Shown here piece after piece: positions 9,120 through 18,248 of a stretch of 64,000 bases of DNA (its first letter is position 1; each line of letters begins with the position of its first letter). The notes under the pieces were generated by a model. That model ran no database searches and was not told the DNA's origin. It saw only the letters and a program-made list of their open reading frames with translations. The position numbers and the translations under genes were made by a program. Source of the stretch: an uncultured bacterium (lineage in GTDB: Bacteria > Patescibacteriota > Minisyncoccia > Phycocordibacterales > GWA1-40-21); contig CAIKXE010000008.1 in assembly GCA_903831305.1 (NCBI GenBank), forward strand, positions 25,105-89,104, written 5' to 3'.

Positions 9120-10127
9120 ATGAGAAATGAAGATTTACTTTTGGATTTGATAAAAATAAACTCTGAATCTGGGAACGAAAAAGAGATAGGGGATTTTATT
9201 TTTAATTTATTAACGGAGAAGGGTTTCCAGGTGGAGAAGCAGATAGTGGATGAGAAGGCCGGAACCTTTAATATCTTTGCATCTGTGGGCAAGCCCAAGG
9301 TGGTATTTAGCAATCATATGGACACGGTGCCACCACAAATAGAAGTAAAAGAAGAAGATGGTAAAATATATGGTCGGGGGGCTTGTGATGCTAAGTCTCA
9401 ATTAGCGGCCGCTTTATGTGCGGCTTTTTTGGCCAGGGAAAAAGATCTGACGGATTTTGGTCTAGCTTACACCATACAAGAAGAATTGGATCTATTAGGG
9501 GCGGAAAAGATCCTGGACATATTGCCGGACGGAGTAGAACTGATTGTAGCGGGGGAACCAACGGAGCTTGAACTGGTTCGGGGTCACAATGGTATTATTT
9601 GTTTTGAACTTTTAGCTCATGGAAAAACAGCTCATGGGGCGCTACCAGAGAAGGGAATAAATGCAATTGAATTACTGATGGAGGATTTAACCGTGATTCG
9701 TAATACAGATTTTGGTGAGGACAAAATTTTGGGCAAAAATATTTTAAATATTGCTCAAATATCTGGTGGTATTGCAGATAATGTGGTGCCCGATGAAGCT
9801 AAAGCTATCATATCTTTTAGAACTGTTTCAGATTTTGAAAAGGTGATTGAAAAATTAAAGTCTGTTGTTAAAGGGGAAGTTAAAATTACTCTAAAATACA
9901 ATCCATTTTTTAATGATAAAGCTGAAGATTTGGCTAAGAAGATTGGAATAAAGACCAAGACCGTCAGATATTTTACCGAGGCGTCTATTTTACGCCAAAA
10001 GGGTAACCCGGTGATTCTTGGCGCGGGGAGCATTAAGGAGGCGCATAGTGCCACTGAATTTGTTTCTATTGCAGAGTATAATAAATTGATTGAGCTTTAT
10101 TTGGAAATTATCAAACAGTATAATTAG
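9120..10127 (+). CDS. M20 family metallopeptidase (ArgE/DapE-type deacylase)
   Basis: Contains FSNHMDTVPP and GRGACDAKSQLAAALCA. Start set at MRNEDLLLDLIK; the ORF track starts at 8997, inside the GC-rich upstream unit. Confidence 0.7.
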   Translation: MRNEDLLLDLIKINSESGNEKEIGDFIFNLLTEKGFQVEKQIVDEKAGTFNIFASVGKPKVVFSNHMDTVPPQIEVKEEDGKIYGRGACDAKSQLAAALCAAFLAREKDLTDFGLAYTIQEELDLLGAEKILDILPDGVELIVAGEPTELELVRGHNGIICFELLAHGKTAHGALPEKGINAIELLMEDLTVIRNTDFGEDKILGKNILNIAQISGGIADNVVPDEAKAIISFRTVSDFEKVIEKLKSVVKGEVKITLKYNPFFNDKAEDLAKKIGIKTKTVRYFTEASILRQKGNPVILGAGSIKEAHSATEFVSIAEYNKLIELYLEIIKQYN

Positions 10128-10141
10128 TTCATAAATTTACT

Positions 10142-10150
10142 TGTGGATAA
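10142..10150 (+). promoter_or_regulatory. Perfect DnaA-box 9-mer (TGTGGATAA = TTATCCACA) within the conserved 14-mer TTGTGGATAACTTT
   Basis: Exact match; the same 14-mer recurs at ~35955 and ~47791. Confidence 0.5.
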
Positions 10151-10262
10151 CTTTTTGCTTTTTCTCTATTAAGGCATTATGCTGATGAGCAGACTTGTTT
10201 AGGTGCGAGGTGGTTTTTTAAGCCACGGGTTCACCTTGTTTGAGGAAGAATCAGGAGGAAAG

Positions 10263-10610
10263 ATGATGAAGATTTGGATGCTCTGGAGTGTGGTTCTCGG
10301 GCTCGTCCTGGCCTCAGTATCTGTGGTGGGGGAAGGACCAGAGACAAATGAAAGGGACTTCTACCTCAGGCTCGTGGGCGGGCCGGTGGTGGAAACCGGA
10401 TCTGGCCTGGTGACAGAGCCGATCCTTGGGCTGTATGCCTTGCTTTTGGGTCAGAACCAAACGTCGGTTCGGCGCCAGCGCGAGCGGTCACGTGATGCTC
10501 TTGGCGGTCCGGACAAGAACCGTCGGCAATCACCGCCATCGCACGAGCTCTCACTCGGCGGGTACGGCCAGTGCCGGCAATCCCAGACCTATGGTCAGTT
10601 TGGTCGTTGA
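10263..10610 (+). CDS. Small secreted/membrane-anchored protein (signal peptide MMKIWMLWSVVLGLVLASVSVVG), GC-rich
   Basis: SD GGAGGA precedes the ATG. Hydrophobic N-terminus. Codons have high GC3, unlike the backbone. Confidence 0.5.
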   Translation: MMKIWMLWSVVLGLVLASVSVVGEGPETNERDFYLRLVGGPVVETGSGLVTEPILGLYALLLGQNQTSVRRQRERSRDALGGPDKNRRQSPPSHELSLGGYGQCRQSQTYGQFGR

Positions 10611-10640
10611 ACACGGTCAACTCTGACCAAGTCATAAACG

Positions 10641-10672
10641 CGCGGACCCCCCTCGGGTCCGGGCGTTTTTTC
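10641..10672 (+). terminator. Intrinsic terminator CGGACCC-CCCTC-GGGTCCG followed by T-run
   Basis: Hairpin followed by TTTTTT. Confidence 0.65.
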
Positions 10673-10787
10673 TTGTTAAATTTTTAGTATACAAAATAGT
10701 CGTTTGGTGCTAGGCTTTAGCCAGATGCTCTTCGTCACTATTTGTTAGTAAGTGTTGGTAGAAGGAACAAGAAACGGGAGAACGGTC

Positions 10788-11915
10788 ATGAAGATTCTGG
10801 TGATTGCAGACACGCACGACATCCCAGACTGGGTCGTCCGGTGCATCGTCGAACTCGGGCAGAAGTGGGGAGTGGAGCTGGTCATACACTGTGGGGATAT
10901 TATCCCCGAGCATGTCAGCAACGAACTCTTCAGCAATCTGCCGGTCATCTGTGCCATCGTGAAGAATCAGAAGGACGACCCAGTCTTCGGTGTGGACAAG
11001 CCCGTCGGCTGGACTCTGACCCGGTCTGAGGATCGTGTTCGTACACTCACGAATGACATGGTGGTCTACGTGGGGCATCAGCGCCCGCTGGACTACCTCC
11101 GGGCCACGGAGGAGAAGTTCAACGCTATCCTCATGGACCTGCGGCAGACCTTTGACGGCCTGCGCTACGTCTTCGGGGGTCACACCCATTTCCAGGCCTA
11201 CAAGCAAGGACAGTTGGTTACCCTCGTCAATCCCGGTGCCGTCAAGGACGCGATTGGCTGGGGCTACGAGTATGCGCTCGTGGACACGGAAACAGGGAAA
11301 GTCATCTTCAGTCGTGTCCTGCCGACCCCGGATAGCCGTGAGATCTTCACGGTCGGTGTGATCTCGGATACTCTGGATATCACCGAACGTGATGCCAAGT
11401 ATTGGTCCCTGCTTGCTCGTGAGTTGAAGGAGGGGGGAGTGAGCCACCTGATCATTTGTGGCAACATGCACCTTACGGACATCGGTCGGTCCGAGCTTGC
11501 TGGCCTCACCGTCCACTATGCTATCCGGAGTGATCAGTACAGCCGTCATCGGGCTATGCAAGAAGGTGGTGTCATCCCGGCGAACTGGCAGGTGATTGCG
11601 CTTGAGGACCTGGACAAAGGGGCGGTGGTGGACATCAACGGTTACCGCTTCTACGTCCAGCTGGATCTCGGCCTGGAGTACATGCAACTCAGCGAAGTGG
11701 GTATGGACTCCAAGGCTATGGAGATCCGGCGGTTGCACCCCGAGACGGAGTTCGTCCTCTGCGGTTTCACTCGAGATGCCCTTCTGATGGAAGGAGAGCA
11801 GGCCGTCACCATCAACCCTGGGGATACGAACACGGACCGGGCCTACGTGACCATCCAACTGCCGAAGCGCGAGATCACCTTTGATCACGTGCCGGTGGAA
11901 GCTTTGCCACAGTAA
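10788..11915 (+). CDS. Calcineurin-like metallophosphoesterase with tandem MPP domains (second copy degenerate), GC-rich
   Basis: MPP motifs ILVIADTHD, HCGDI and GHTHF. Second repeat is VGVISDTLD...ICGNMH. The long antisense ORF 10710..11888 is the usual high-GC artefact. Confidence 0.7.
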   Translation: MKILVIADTHDIPDWVVRCIVELGQKWGVELVIHCGDIIPEHVSNELFSNLPVICAIVKNQKDDPVFGVDKPVGWTLTRSEDRVRTLTNDMVVYVGHQRPLDYLRATEEKFNAILMDLRQTFDGLRYVFGGHTHFQAYKQGQLVTLVNPGAVKDAIGWGYEYALVDTETGKVIFSRVLPTPDSREIFTVGVISDTLDITERDAKYWSLLARELKEGGVSHLIICGNMHLTDIGRSELAGLTVHYAIRSDQYSRHRAMQEGGVIPANWQVIALEDLDKGAVVDINGYRFYVQLDLGLEYMQLSEVGMDSKAMEIRRLHPETEFVLCGFTRDALLMEGEQAVTINPGDTNTDRAYVTIQLPKREITFDHVPVEALPQ

Positions 11916-11948
11916 GCAAGTAGTAAAGAAAGGAGTTCTTGAATCAGT

Positions 11949-11992
11949 GAGGGTGGGTGTGCCATGTGGGCACCCACCCTCTTTTTGTTTTT
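11949..11992 (+). terminator. Intrinsic terminator (GAGGGUGGGUG...CACCCACCCUC followed by UUUUUGUUUUU)
   Basis: Long GC hairpin followed by a T-run. Confidence 0.7.
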
Positions 11993-12045
11993 AATTATTT
12001 TTATATTAAATAGCTTTTTTCTAAAAAAATGCTATAATATATTTC

Positions 12046-12534
12046 ATGATTAAGATGAAATATTACAAGCAAAATACTATCATTTCTTGTGGGCCAGTAG
12101 TCCTGCAGATGATTTTTCATTATTATGGTAAATATTTTAGTGAAGAGACTTTGACAAACAAGCTAAGGCCAAACAGTGATGTCGGTACACCACATTATCG
12201 GATGATTAACTTGGCTACTTCTGAAGGATTTTATGTTTATGCTAACGAAGGCTCGTCACTTTATGAGATTGCCTATTTTGTCAATGAAGGTATACCAGTC
12301 ATTGTTCATTTTATCGAGCCAGACACGGAGGATGGTCATTATGCGGTAGTGGTGGGGGTGCAGAAGAAAAATGTAGTATTAAATGATCCCTGGAATGGAG
12401 AAAAGTTTAAAATGGATAAAGCTGAGTTTGAAAAGAGATGGGTCAGTCTAGACGGTAAGCACAAAAGGTGGATTATGGCGGTTTCTGACACGGATGTGCA
12501 TTTTGGTAAGCAATATTTGCCTAATAAAGCCTAA
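12046..12534 (+). CDS. Peptidase C39-like (papain-fold cysteine peptidase) domain protein
   Basis: Catalytic Cys context SCGPVVLQMIFHYYG and a downstream HYAVVVG His. AT-rich codon usage like the backbone. Confidence 0.55.
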   Translation: MIKMKYYKQNTIISCGPVVLQMIFHYYGKYFSEETLTNKLRPNSDVGTPHYRMINLATSEGFYVYANEGSSLYEIAYFVNEGIPVIVHFIEPDTEDGHYAVVVGVQKKNVVLNDPWNGEKFKMDKAEFEKRWVSLDGKHKRWIMAVSDTDVHFGKQYLPNKA

Positions 12535-12578
12535 AAGTCAGTAAAATGGCTCAGAATAGGGGATTTGTCAAATTACTA

Positions 12579-12607
12579 TTGACTTTTACTGTATAATTTG
12601 CTATAGT
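12579..12607 (+). promoter_or_regulatory. Sigma70-like promoter TTGACT-17-TATAGT followed by a GC hairpin/U-tract leader upstream of the GC-rich gene at 12680
   Basis: Read from ttgacttttactgtataatttgctatagt; leader hairpin GGAGACCGGGUGGUUUCC followed by UUGUUUUUG. Confidence 0.4.
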
Positions 12608-12679
12608 AGTAAATAGATAGGAGACCGGGTGGTTTCCTTGTTTTTGTGTAAAGTTCGTTGTCAGAAAGGGTAGAAAGAG

Positions 12680-12943
12680 ATGAAGAAAAGTGATCTGTGG
12701 CTGTTGCTGGTGGTTGCACTCGTGGTGGCGGTGTCCTTTGTGGCACTGCACCGGATGCCGATCACACCCGTGGAGCCCAGGAAGTCGCCGATGGAGAAGG
12801 TCTCCCCGGCACCCGTGAAGGATCTGGGTCCGAAGGTCCCCAAGAAGGTCTTGGGTAACCCGAACGAGCCAAGTGTCAGTGTCGCCAACAAAGGGAAGGG
12901 GTATACGGAAGTGCGGACACGGTTGTCCGTCAGTATCGAGTGA
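12680..12943 (+). CDS. Small membrane/secreted protein (87 aa), GC-rich
   Basis: N-terminal TM/signal segment LWLLLVVALVVAVSFVAL; GC-rich codons. Confidence 0.5.
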   Translation: MKKSDLWLLLVVALVVAVSFVALHRMPITPVEPRKSPMEKVSPAPVKDLGPKVPKKVLGNPNEPSVSVANKGKGYTEVRTRLSVSIE

Positions 12944-13003
12944 ATCAAGAATGTCAGTTCGAAGCGTCCTGAAAGAAAAAGTGTAGAAAGAGGAGATGGT
13001 GAG

Positions 13004-14065
13004 ATGAAGACGAAGATTCTGTCTACGGTTCTCGTGATGTTCGGTCTCGCATCGGCCAACTGGGCGGCATCGGTGGTGGTACCCTCGACGACGGAGCCGG
13101 TGGTTGAGTCCTGGATTCGGCCACTCGTTTCCAAAGCGGTGATGAGGTCATACCTCGTCGAGCGGTCCGTACAAGTGTACGTGGACACATTCGGTGAGGG
13201 AGTGCTGGATCAGAGTGCTGATGGACTTCAGCTCATCGGCAAGGGTGCTGACGAACTCTGTGATTTGGTTGCTGACCAGGTCATCACCTTCAAGGTGGTG
13301 GATGGTCGGGAGGATCAGGTTGGTCAGACCGTCCAGATGTCTGACCAGCTTGGCAACGCGACTTTCCTAGGTTGGAGAGAAGTGCACCTTGACCGAGTCA
13401 ATGGAGGGCTCGTGGTGATGGGTTCTGATGCCATTTCCCTTCAAATGAGTGATAGGGTGATGGTGGAGGTACCGGCGGATATCATCTGGGTCAATGTCTT
13501 GACCCGTGATGAATCTGGCAATGTGGTCGGTGGGTTATATTGCTCCATTTCCAAAATGAATGAGCAGTATTACCTCGAGTTTCCGACCACTGCGTGCGGT
13601 GATTCCTTTGCCCCTGGTTACTACGGTGAACTTACGGCGCAGAGACGGACCAGTGGTGGCGGATATATGACTTCGGTCTATAATCTGTCCACTGGTGAGG
13701 AGTTGCCCAGCACAGACGTCAGCATGGTTATCTCACCGTCGATTGAGGGGGTTAAGGTGCTCGCCGTAGACTCGGATATCATCGAGATCCTACCGAGCAC
13801 TGGTGGAGTTGGTATGAACACCACGTTCATCCTGACTGTAACCAAAAAGATGGAAGTCATCACTAAAGCCAAAACCTCGGAAGGGGAATTGGCAGTCGGG
13901 TGCTTCATCAAGGCAGTGCTGGGCGAGGCGGGCTCCGCTTACGTCTCATCACCGTCAGTGACTCTTCTCCCTGGCAAGTATCATATCCAGTTCGCTTGGA
14001 GTAAGTTCCACGAACTGGGTGAGCGTGCCGAGGGGTGGGATTACTACGACAACGGCAAGGGCTGA
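13004..14065 (+). CDS. Secreted protein of unknown function (353 aa, signal peptide MKTKILSTVLVMFGLASANWAA), GC-rich
   Basis: SD AGAGGAG precedes the ATG. Signal peptide. High GC3. Confidence 0.55.
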   Translation: MKTKILSTVLVMFGLASANWAASVVVPSTTEPVVESWIRPLVSKAVMRSYLVERSVQVYVDTFGEGVLDQSADGLQLIGKGADELCDLVADQVITFKVVDGREDQVGQTVQMSDQLGNATFLGWREVHLDRVNGGLVVMGSDAISLQMSDRVMVEVPADIIWVNVLTRDESGNVVGGLYCSISKMNEQYYLEFPTTACGDSFAPGYYGELTAQRRTSGGGYMTSVYNLSTGEELPSTDVSMVISPSIEGVKVLAVDSDIIEILPSTGGVGMNTTFILTVTKKMEVITKAKTSEGELAVGCFIKAVLGEAGSAYVSSPSVTLLPGKYHIQFAWSKFHELGERAEGWDYYDNGKG

Positions 14066-14083
14066 CGCTCACGCCGAAGTCTC

Positions 14084-14124
14084 AGAGGCGGTCTTGGGGT
14101 TTACCCTGGGGCCGCCTCTTTTTG
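14084..14124 (+). terminator. Intrinsic terminator AGAGGCGG...CCGCCUCU followed by UUUUUG
   Basis: Hairpin followed by a T-run. Confidence 0.7.
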
Positions 14125-14193
14125 TATCTAAATTTTGGTATTGCATTTAATTAAAAAGTAAGCTATACTCTTTTTTGTTAATCAAATACATAT

Positions 14194-14352
14194 ATGTCAC
14201 AAGATCAATTAATCAAATTATCCTGTAAAACCTGCAAAAGGACTAATTATTGGTCCCGCAAGAACAAAAAGAAAGTTGAGCGCAAAATCGAGCTCAAGAA
14301 GTTTTGTAAATGGTGCAAGAAAAATACTATTCATAAAGAAAGCAAAAAATAG
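14194..14352 (+). CDS. rpmG: 50S ribosomal protein L33 (52 aa; not in ORF track because <60 aa)
   Basis: MSQDQLIKLSCKTCKRTNYWSRKNKKKVERKIELKKFCKWCKKNTIHKESKK matches the L33 Cys4 zinc-ribbon pattern. Confidence 0.8.
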   Translation: MSQDQLIKLSCKTCKRTNYWSRKNKKKVERKIELKKFCKWCKKNTIHKESKK

Positions 14353-14376
14353 TCCCAGACGGGGCTATTTTTGTTG

Positions 14377-14395
14377 GCGGGGGATGTAGGAATCG
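14377..14395. repeat. 19-bp direct repeat of the tRNA-Trp 3' end (GCGGGGGATGTAGGAATCG), 153 bp upstream of the intact copy at 14530-14548. The intervening segment also carries the inverted copy TTCGATTCCTACAT at 14491-14504
   Basis: Exact 19/19 identity read by eye. Confidence 0.65.
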
Positions 14396-14530
14396 CTTCG
14401 CATTCTCCCTCGACTAAATTTTCGCCGTCGCTCAAATTTGTCTGGGCACCGGCTCACGGCTTCGCCTGCTGGCTCGGCATCGTTCCGCCGTTCGATTCCT
14501 ACATTAAAAATCTAATAAATTATATTTTTG

Positions 14531-14601
14531 CGGGGGATGTAGGAATCGAACCTACACTAAAGCGTTTGGAGTGCCTTGTGATACCATTTCACTAATCCCC
14601 C
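14531..14601 (-). tRNA. tRNA-Trp (anticodon CCA)
   Basis: Fold gives acceptor GGGGGAU/AUCCCCC, D-arm GUGA-AAUGGUA-UCAC, anticodon loop CUCCAAA, T-arm GUAGG-UUCGAUU-CCUAC and discriminator G. Confidence 0.8.
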
Positions 14602-14641
14602 CTGCTTGCAAATACTAGCACAAAATAAGTTTTAAATAAAC

Positions 14642-15550
14642 CTATATCTTCTTTTTCATATCACCGAGGATTTTTTCAGTAGTCTTGGGGCCGATTAGAT
14701 ACCAGTGGATATTTTTATTTTTTTTGAACCAGGTTTTTTGACGGCGGGCATATTGCCAGATTTTGGAATTCAGTTCATTTATCATCTGCTCCTCATTAAT
14801 CTTCCCGGTTAAATATCTGGCTAAGTATCTGTATTCCAGACCCAAGCCTTCCATCCGCTTCCAGCTAAGGCCTTGCTTATGTAACTCCTCCGCCTCCTTT
14901 ACCATCCCACTCTCCATTCGCGCTTTAAGGCGAATAAGGATGCGGTCTTTGAGAACCTGGTCCGGGACCATGAGGCCAATCTGAAAAGCTTCATAAAGCG
15001 GATCAGATTTGACCGCTGGTACTGCACCAAGCGCGGTGGCTATTTCAATAGCGCGGATGATTTTTCTTTTATTCTTAACATCAATTGTTTTGACGATATT
15101 TTTATCAAGCTTTTGTAAGATAAGTAGTAGTTGTTCGCAATTTTTTGGCTCCAGTTTTTCTCTCAATTTTCCATTTGGTAATACTTCGGGCCAAGTAATA
15201 TTGTTTATCACGGCGTCAATATAAAAACCGGTACCACCGCAAATTATTGGAAGTTTACCTCGCCCTAAAATATCCGCAATTATTTTTTGGGCTTGGATTT
15301 TATATTTGGAGACATTGTAAATGGACTTGGGACTCACAATGTCCAACATATGGTGGGGAATACCACGCATCTCTTTTTTAGTGATTTTTCCGGTGCCTAA
15401 ATCTAAGCCCTTGTAGACCTGACGGGAATCAGCGGAAATCACTTCACCATCAAACTGCTGGGCAAGTGTAACCGCCAAGTCACTTTTCCCCGTGGCTGTG
15501 GGACCAAGAATAACCAAGACTTTTGGTTTAGATATCGTCATATTTTTCAT
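14642..15550 (-). CDS. miaA: tRNA dimethylallyltransferase MiaA
   Basis: P-loop ILGPTATGKSDLAVTLA and DSRQVYKGLDLGTGK. The ORF track 5' extension overlaps tRNA-Leu, so the start was moved to the Met adjacent to the tRNA (Met at 15550 or 15541). Confidence 0.8.
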   Translation of the reverse strand: MKNMTISKPKVLVILGPTATGKSDLAVTLAQQFDGEVISADSRQVYKGLDLGTGKITKKEMRGIPHHMLDIVSPKSIYNVSKYKIQAQKIIADILGRGKLPIICGGTGFYIDAVINNITWPEVLPNGKLREKLEPKNCEQLLLILQKLDKNIVKTIDVKNKRKIIRAIEIATALGAVPAVKSDPLYEAFQIGLMVPDQVLKDRILIRLKARMESGMVKEAEELHKQGLSWKRMEGLGLEYRYLARYLTGKINEEQMINELNSKIWQYARRQKTWFKKNKNIHWYLIGPKTTEKILGDMKKKI

Positions 15551-15552
15551 TG

Positions 15553-15633
15553 TGCCGGAGAAGAGACTTGAACTCTTACCCCTTACGAGACACGATTTTG
15601 AGTCGTGCGCGTCTACCATTCCGCCACTCCGGC
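15553..15633 (-). tRNA. tRNA-Leu (anticodon CAA), long variable arm
   Basis: Acceptor GCCGGAG/CUCCGGC, anticodon arm CACGA-CUCAAAA-UCGUG, long variable arm, T-arm AAGAG-UUCAAGU-CUCUU. Confidence 0.8.
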
Positions 15634-15686
15634 AATGTGCTGATTCTATACTATTTTGAGGAAAAAATAAAGTATGTTAGAATTAC

Positions 15687-16706
15687 ATGATGAGCAGTCA
15701 ATTTTTTAGTGATTCCATATTTTGGGTGGAGATCAGCAAGGTGCACCCAAACCCATTTCAGCCTCGCAAGGAGTTTGAAGAGTCCAAGTTAAAAGACTTG
15801 GCAGATTCTATCCGTCAGTATGGTATTTTACAACCCATGGTGGTGACGCGAAAGGAAGTGACCAAGGAAGATGGTGGTCTCACCACTGAGTATGAGTTGA
15901 TTTCTGGTGAACGCCGTTTACGCGCTTCTAAAATTGCCGGTTTATCTCAAGTGCCGGTTTTGATCCGGGATCAGGAAGAAAGTGATCAGTTGAAATTAGA
16001 ATTAGCGATTATTGAAAATTTACAAAGAGAAGATCTAAATCCCGTGGACCGTGCCAAAGCTTTTCAGCGCTTGGTGGAGGAGTTTCATTTCAAACATATT
16101 GATGTGGCTAGGCGGGTGGGTAAGAGCCGAGAGTATGTTTCTAATAGTTTGCGTATTTTAATGTTGCCGGAGCATATGCTAAATGCTTTGTCTGAAGGAA
16201 AGATTACCGAGGGTCATTCCCGACCACTCATGATGCTTGCAGACCGTAAGGAAGAACAGGAAGTTTTGTTTAAGGAAATGATGGTGAGAAAAATGTCCGT
16301 GCGGGAGGCGGAGCTCACCGCTAGAAAGATTGCCGTGGAGCGAGTACGCAAGATCGAGCGGATGCCAGATCCAGAGATTACGGAGCTTGAGGAAAAGCTG
16401 GCTAATACTTTTGGCTCACGAGTGCGAATAGAGCGTAGTAATACCGGCGGTAAAATCATGATTGATTTCTTTTCTAATGATGATCTGCGTTCTATCTTGG
16501 ATATGGTAAATAATAAGCCAGAGATTGGCACTAATACATTATTAAACAGGCATATTGCTAAAAGTGAAGCGGGGGAGGCGGTCACTAATCCAGCTGAGAC
16601 TGTTACTACTCCACGGGAGGAATCTGCTCTGCTCGATGATCGGTCCAAGGAGGAAAAAAAAGAAGATGAACAGGATCTCTATTCAGTAGATAATTTTACC
16701 GTCTAA
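15687..16706 (+). CDS. parB: ParB/Spo0J-family partition protein (no adjacent parA in this window)
   Basis: ParB box ISGERRLRASKIAGL and N-terminal HPNPFQPRKEF. Confidence 0.75.
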   Translation: MMSSQFFSDSIFWVEISKVHPNPFQPRKEFEESKLKDLADSIRQYGILQPMVVTRKEVTKEDGGLTTEYELISGERRLRASKIAGLSQVPVLIRDQEESDQLKLELAIIENLQREDLNPVDRAKAFQRLVEEFHFKHIDVARRVGKSREYVSNSLRILMLPEHMLNALSEGKITEGHSRPLMMLADRKEEQEVLFKEMMVRKMSVREAELTARKIAVERVRKIERMPDPEITELEEKLANTFGSRVRIERSNTGGKIMIDFFSNDDLRSILDMVNNKPEIGTNTLLNRHIAKSEAGEAVTNPAETVTTPREESALLDDRSKEEKKEDEQDLYSVDNFTV

Positions 16707-16707
16707 C

Positions 16708-18201
16708 TTACTCAGTTTTTATTCCTAGGGCTTGTTTGATAAATTTTCTTGCCATGCCTGTTTTGGTGTAGTCCAGCCATTTTCTGTTTGGCTTGGCAGT
16801 TTTTTTAGTTATAATCTCTACATGGTCGCCATTTTTTAATTCGGCATGAAGGGGAGATATTTTACCATTGACCATGGCGCTCGCAATATGATTACCGATA
16901 TCGGAGTGGATAGCATAAGCAAAGTCAATGACCGAGGAACCGATGGGTAAGTCCACTACATCACCTTTGGGCGTAAAGACAAATATTCGTTGAGAGAAAA
17001 AATCAGCCTTTAGATCGGTCAGCATATCCTCACCATTTGATGAGGCGTTTGTCTCAACTAAATCTTTCATCCAACCCGGAGTGTTTTGGTTTGTAACTGT
17101 TGATTTGAAAAAATAACCTAAGGATTTTGGCAAAAATTGGCTGAACCAACTCATTTCCCTGTTTTCGCTATTTTTAATATCTTTATATGAGAGGTGAGAA
17201 GCAATACCATATTCTGCTTCCTTATGCATTTCATAAGTACGGATTTGAATTTCCACAATTGCTCCATCACCAGTAAAAACAGTTGTGTGAATGCTTCTAT
17301 AACCGTTTAGCTTGGGGATGGCAATATAATCCTTGATTCTCCCCGGTAAAGGACGCCATTTACTGTGAATAATACCAAGTATTTTATAACAGTCTGCTAT
17401 GGAATCAGTAAAAATGCGGAGAGCTAAAATATCATAGACATTATCAATATCTCCACCCTTGGAGATTATTTTTTTACTCAAACTATAGAGTCCTTTTTGA
17501 CGATAATCAGTATGGATATTGGTCAGATTATTTTCCGCCAAAGCCTTTTTGACTGATTTCATAAACCTTTCTAGTTTTGGTAGGGTTTCCGCTTTCTTTT
17601 GTTTAATCAGTTCTTTAACTTTTTTGTATTCATCTGGATAGAGATATGGAAAGGACAAATCCTCTAACTCTTTAGATAGTTTTCTGATTCCCAGTCTGTA
17701 GGCTAGGGGAGAAAATATCTCGATGGTTTCCAGGGACATTCTTTTCTGTTTTTCTGGGGATAAAAACTCTAAGGTACGCATATTATGTAACCTATCGGCA
17801 AGCTTGATTATGAGGACACGAATATCTTGAGCGGAGGCGACAAATAATTTGCGCAAGCTTTCAATATGTCTTTCTACTCCATGGTATTTTATTCTATCAA
17901 GCTTGGTAACACCGTTTACTAAAAATAGGATCTCGTCTCCGAATTCCTTTTTTAAATTTTCTTCAGATATTTTATCAAACTTAAATGAACCGTGTAATAA
18001 ACCGGCAGCAATGGTCGGTGGGTCCATTTTAATTTCAGCTAAAATTAAAGCGGTTGAGAAAAAATGAACAAAATAAGGTTCACCAGAATTTCTCATTTGG
18101 CCGTGATGAATTTTTTCGGCTATATTATAGGCTTTTTCAATCAGGGCAATATCCTCGGGGGTCTGAGAATCTATAAGGTTGATTATTTCCTTAACGTCCA
18201 T
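16708..18201 (-). CDS. rel: Bifunctional (p)ppGpp synthetase/hydrolase Rel (HD + RelA/SpoT + TGS domains)
   Basis: HD domain HHGQMRNSGEPYFVH; synthetase region RSIHTTV; TGS FVFTPKGDVVDLPIGSSVIDFAYAIHSDIG. Confidence 0.8.
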   Translation of the reverse strand: MDVKEIINLIDSQTPEDIALIEKAYNIAEKIHHGQMRNSGEPYFVHFFSTALILAEIKMDPPTIAAGLLHGSFKFDKISEENLKKEFGDEILFLVNGVTKLDRIKYHGVERHIESLRKLFVASAQDIRVLIIKLADRLHNMRTLEFLSPEKQKRMSLETIEIFSPLAYRLGIRKLSKELEDLSFPYLYPDEYKKVKELIKQKKAETLPKLERFMKSVKKALAENNLTNIHTDYRQKGLYSLSKKIISKGGDIDNVYDILALRIFTDSIADCYKILGIIHSKWRPLPGRIKDYIAIPKLNGYRSIHTTVFTGDGAIVEIQIRTYEMHKEAEYGIASHLSYKDIKNSENREMSWFSQFLPKSLGYFFKSTVTNQNTPGWMKDLVETNASSNGEDMLTDLKADFFSQRIFVFTPKGDVVDLPIGSSVIDFAYAIHSDIGNHIASAMVNGKISPLHAELKNGDHVEIITKKTAKPNRKWLDYTKTGMARKFIKQALGIKTE

Positions 18202-18248
18202 ATATTAAGTATAGACCTAGATTTAAATTTAGCAAATGGAATAAGATA

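Noticed and set aside
10710-11888. 392-aa minus-strand ORF
   Set aside because: It is antisense to the plus-strand metallophosphoesterase gene, which carries the real MPP motifs. Long antisense ORFs are expected in high-GC DNA; the translated sequence has no motif and a skewed composition.
12661-13188. 175-aa minus-strand ORF
   Set aside because: Antisense artefact of the GC-rich plus-strand secreted-protein genes.
14371-14595. 74-aa plus-strand ORF
   Set aside because: It overlaps tRNA-Trp and the duplicated tRNA 3' segment; spurious.
15687-16706. parB as part of a plasmid or mobile partition module
   Set aside because: No parA, replication initiator or relaxase nearby. It is flanked by tRNA-Leu/miaA and rel/topA, so a chromosomal ParB/Spo0J-like protein is more parsimonious.
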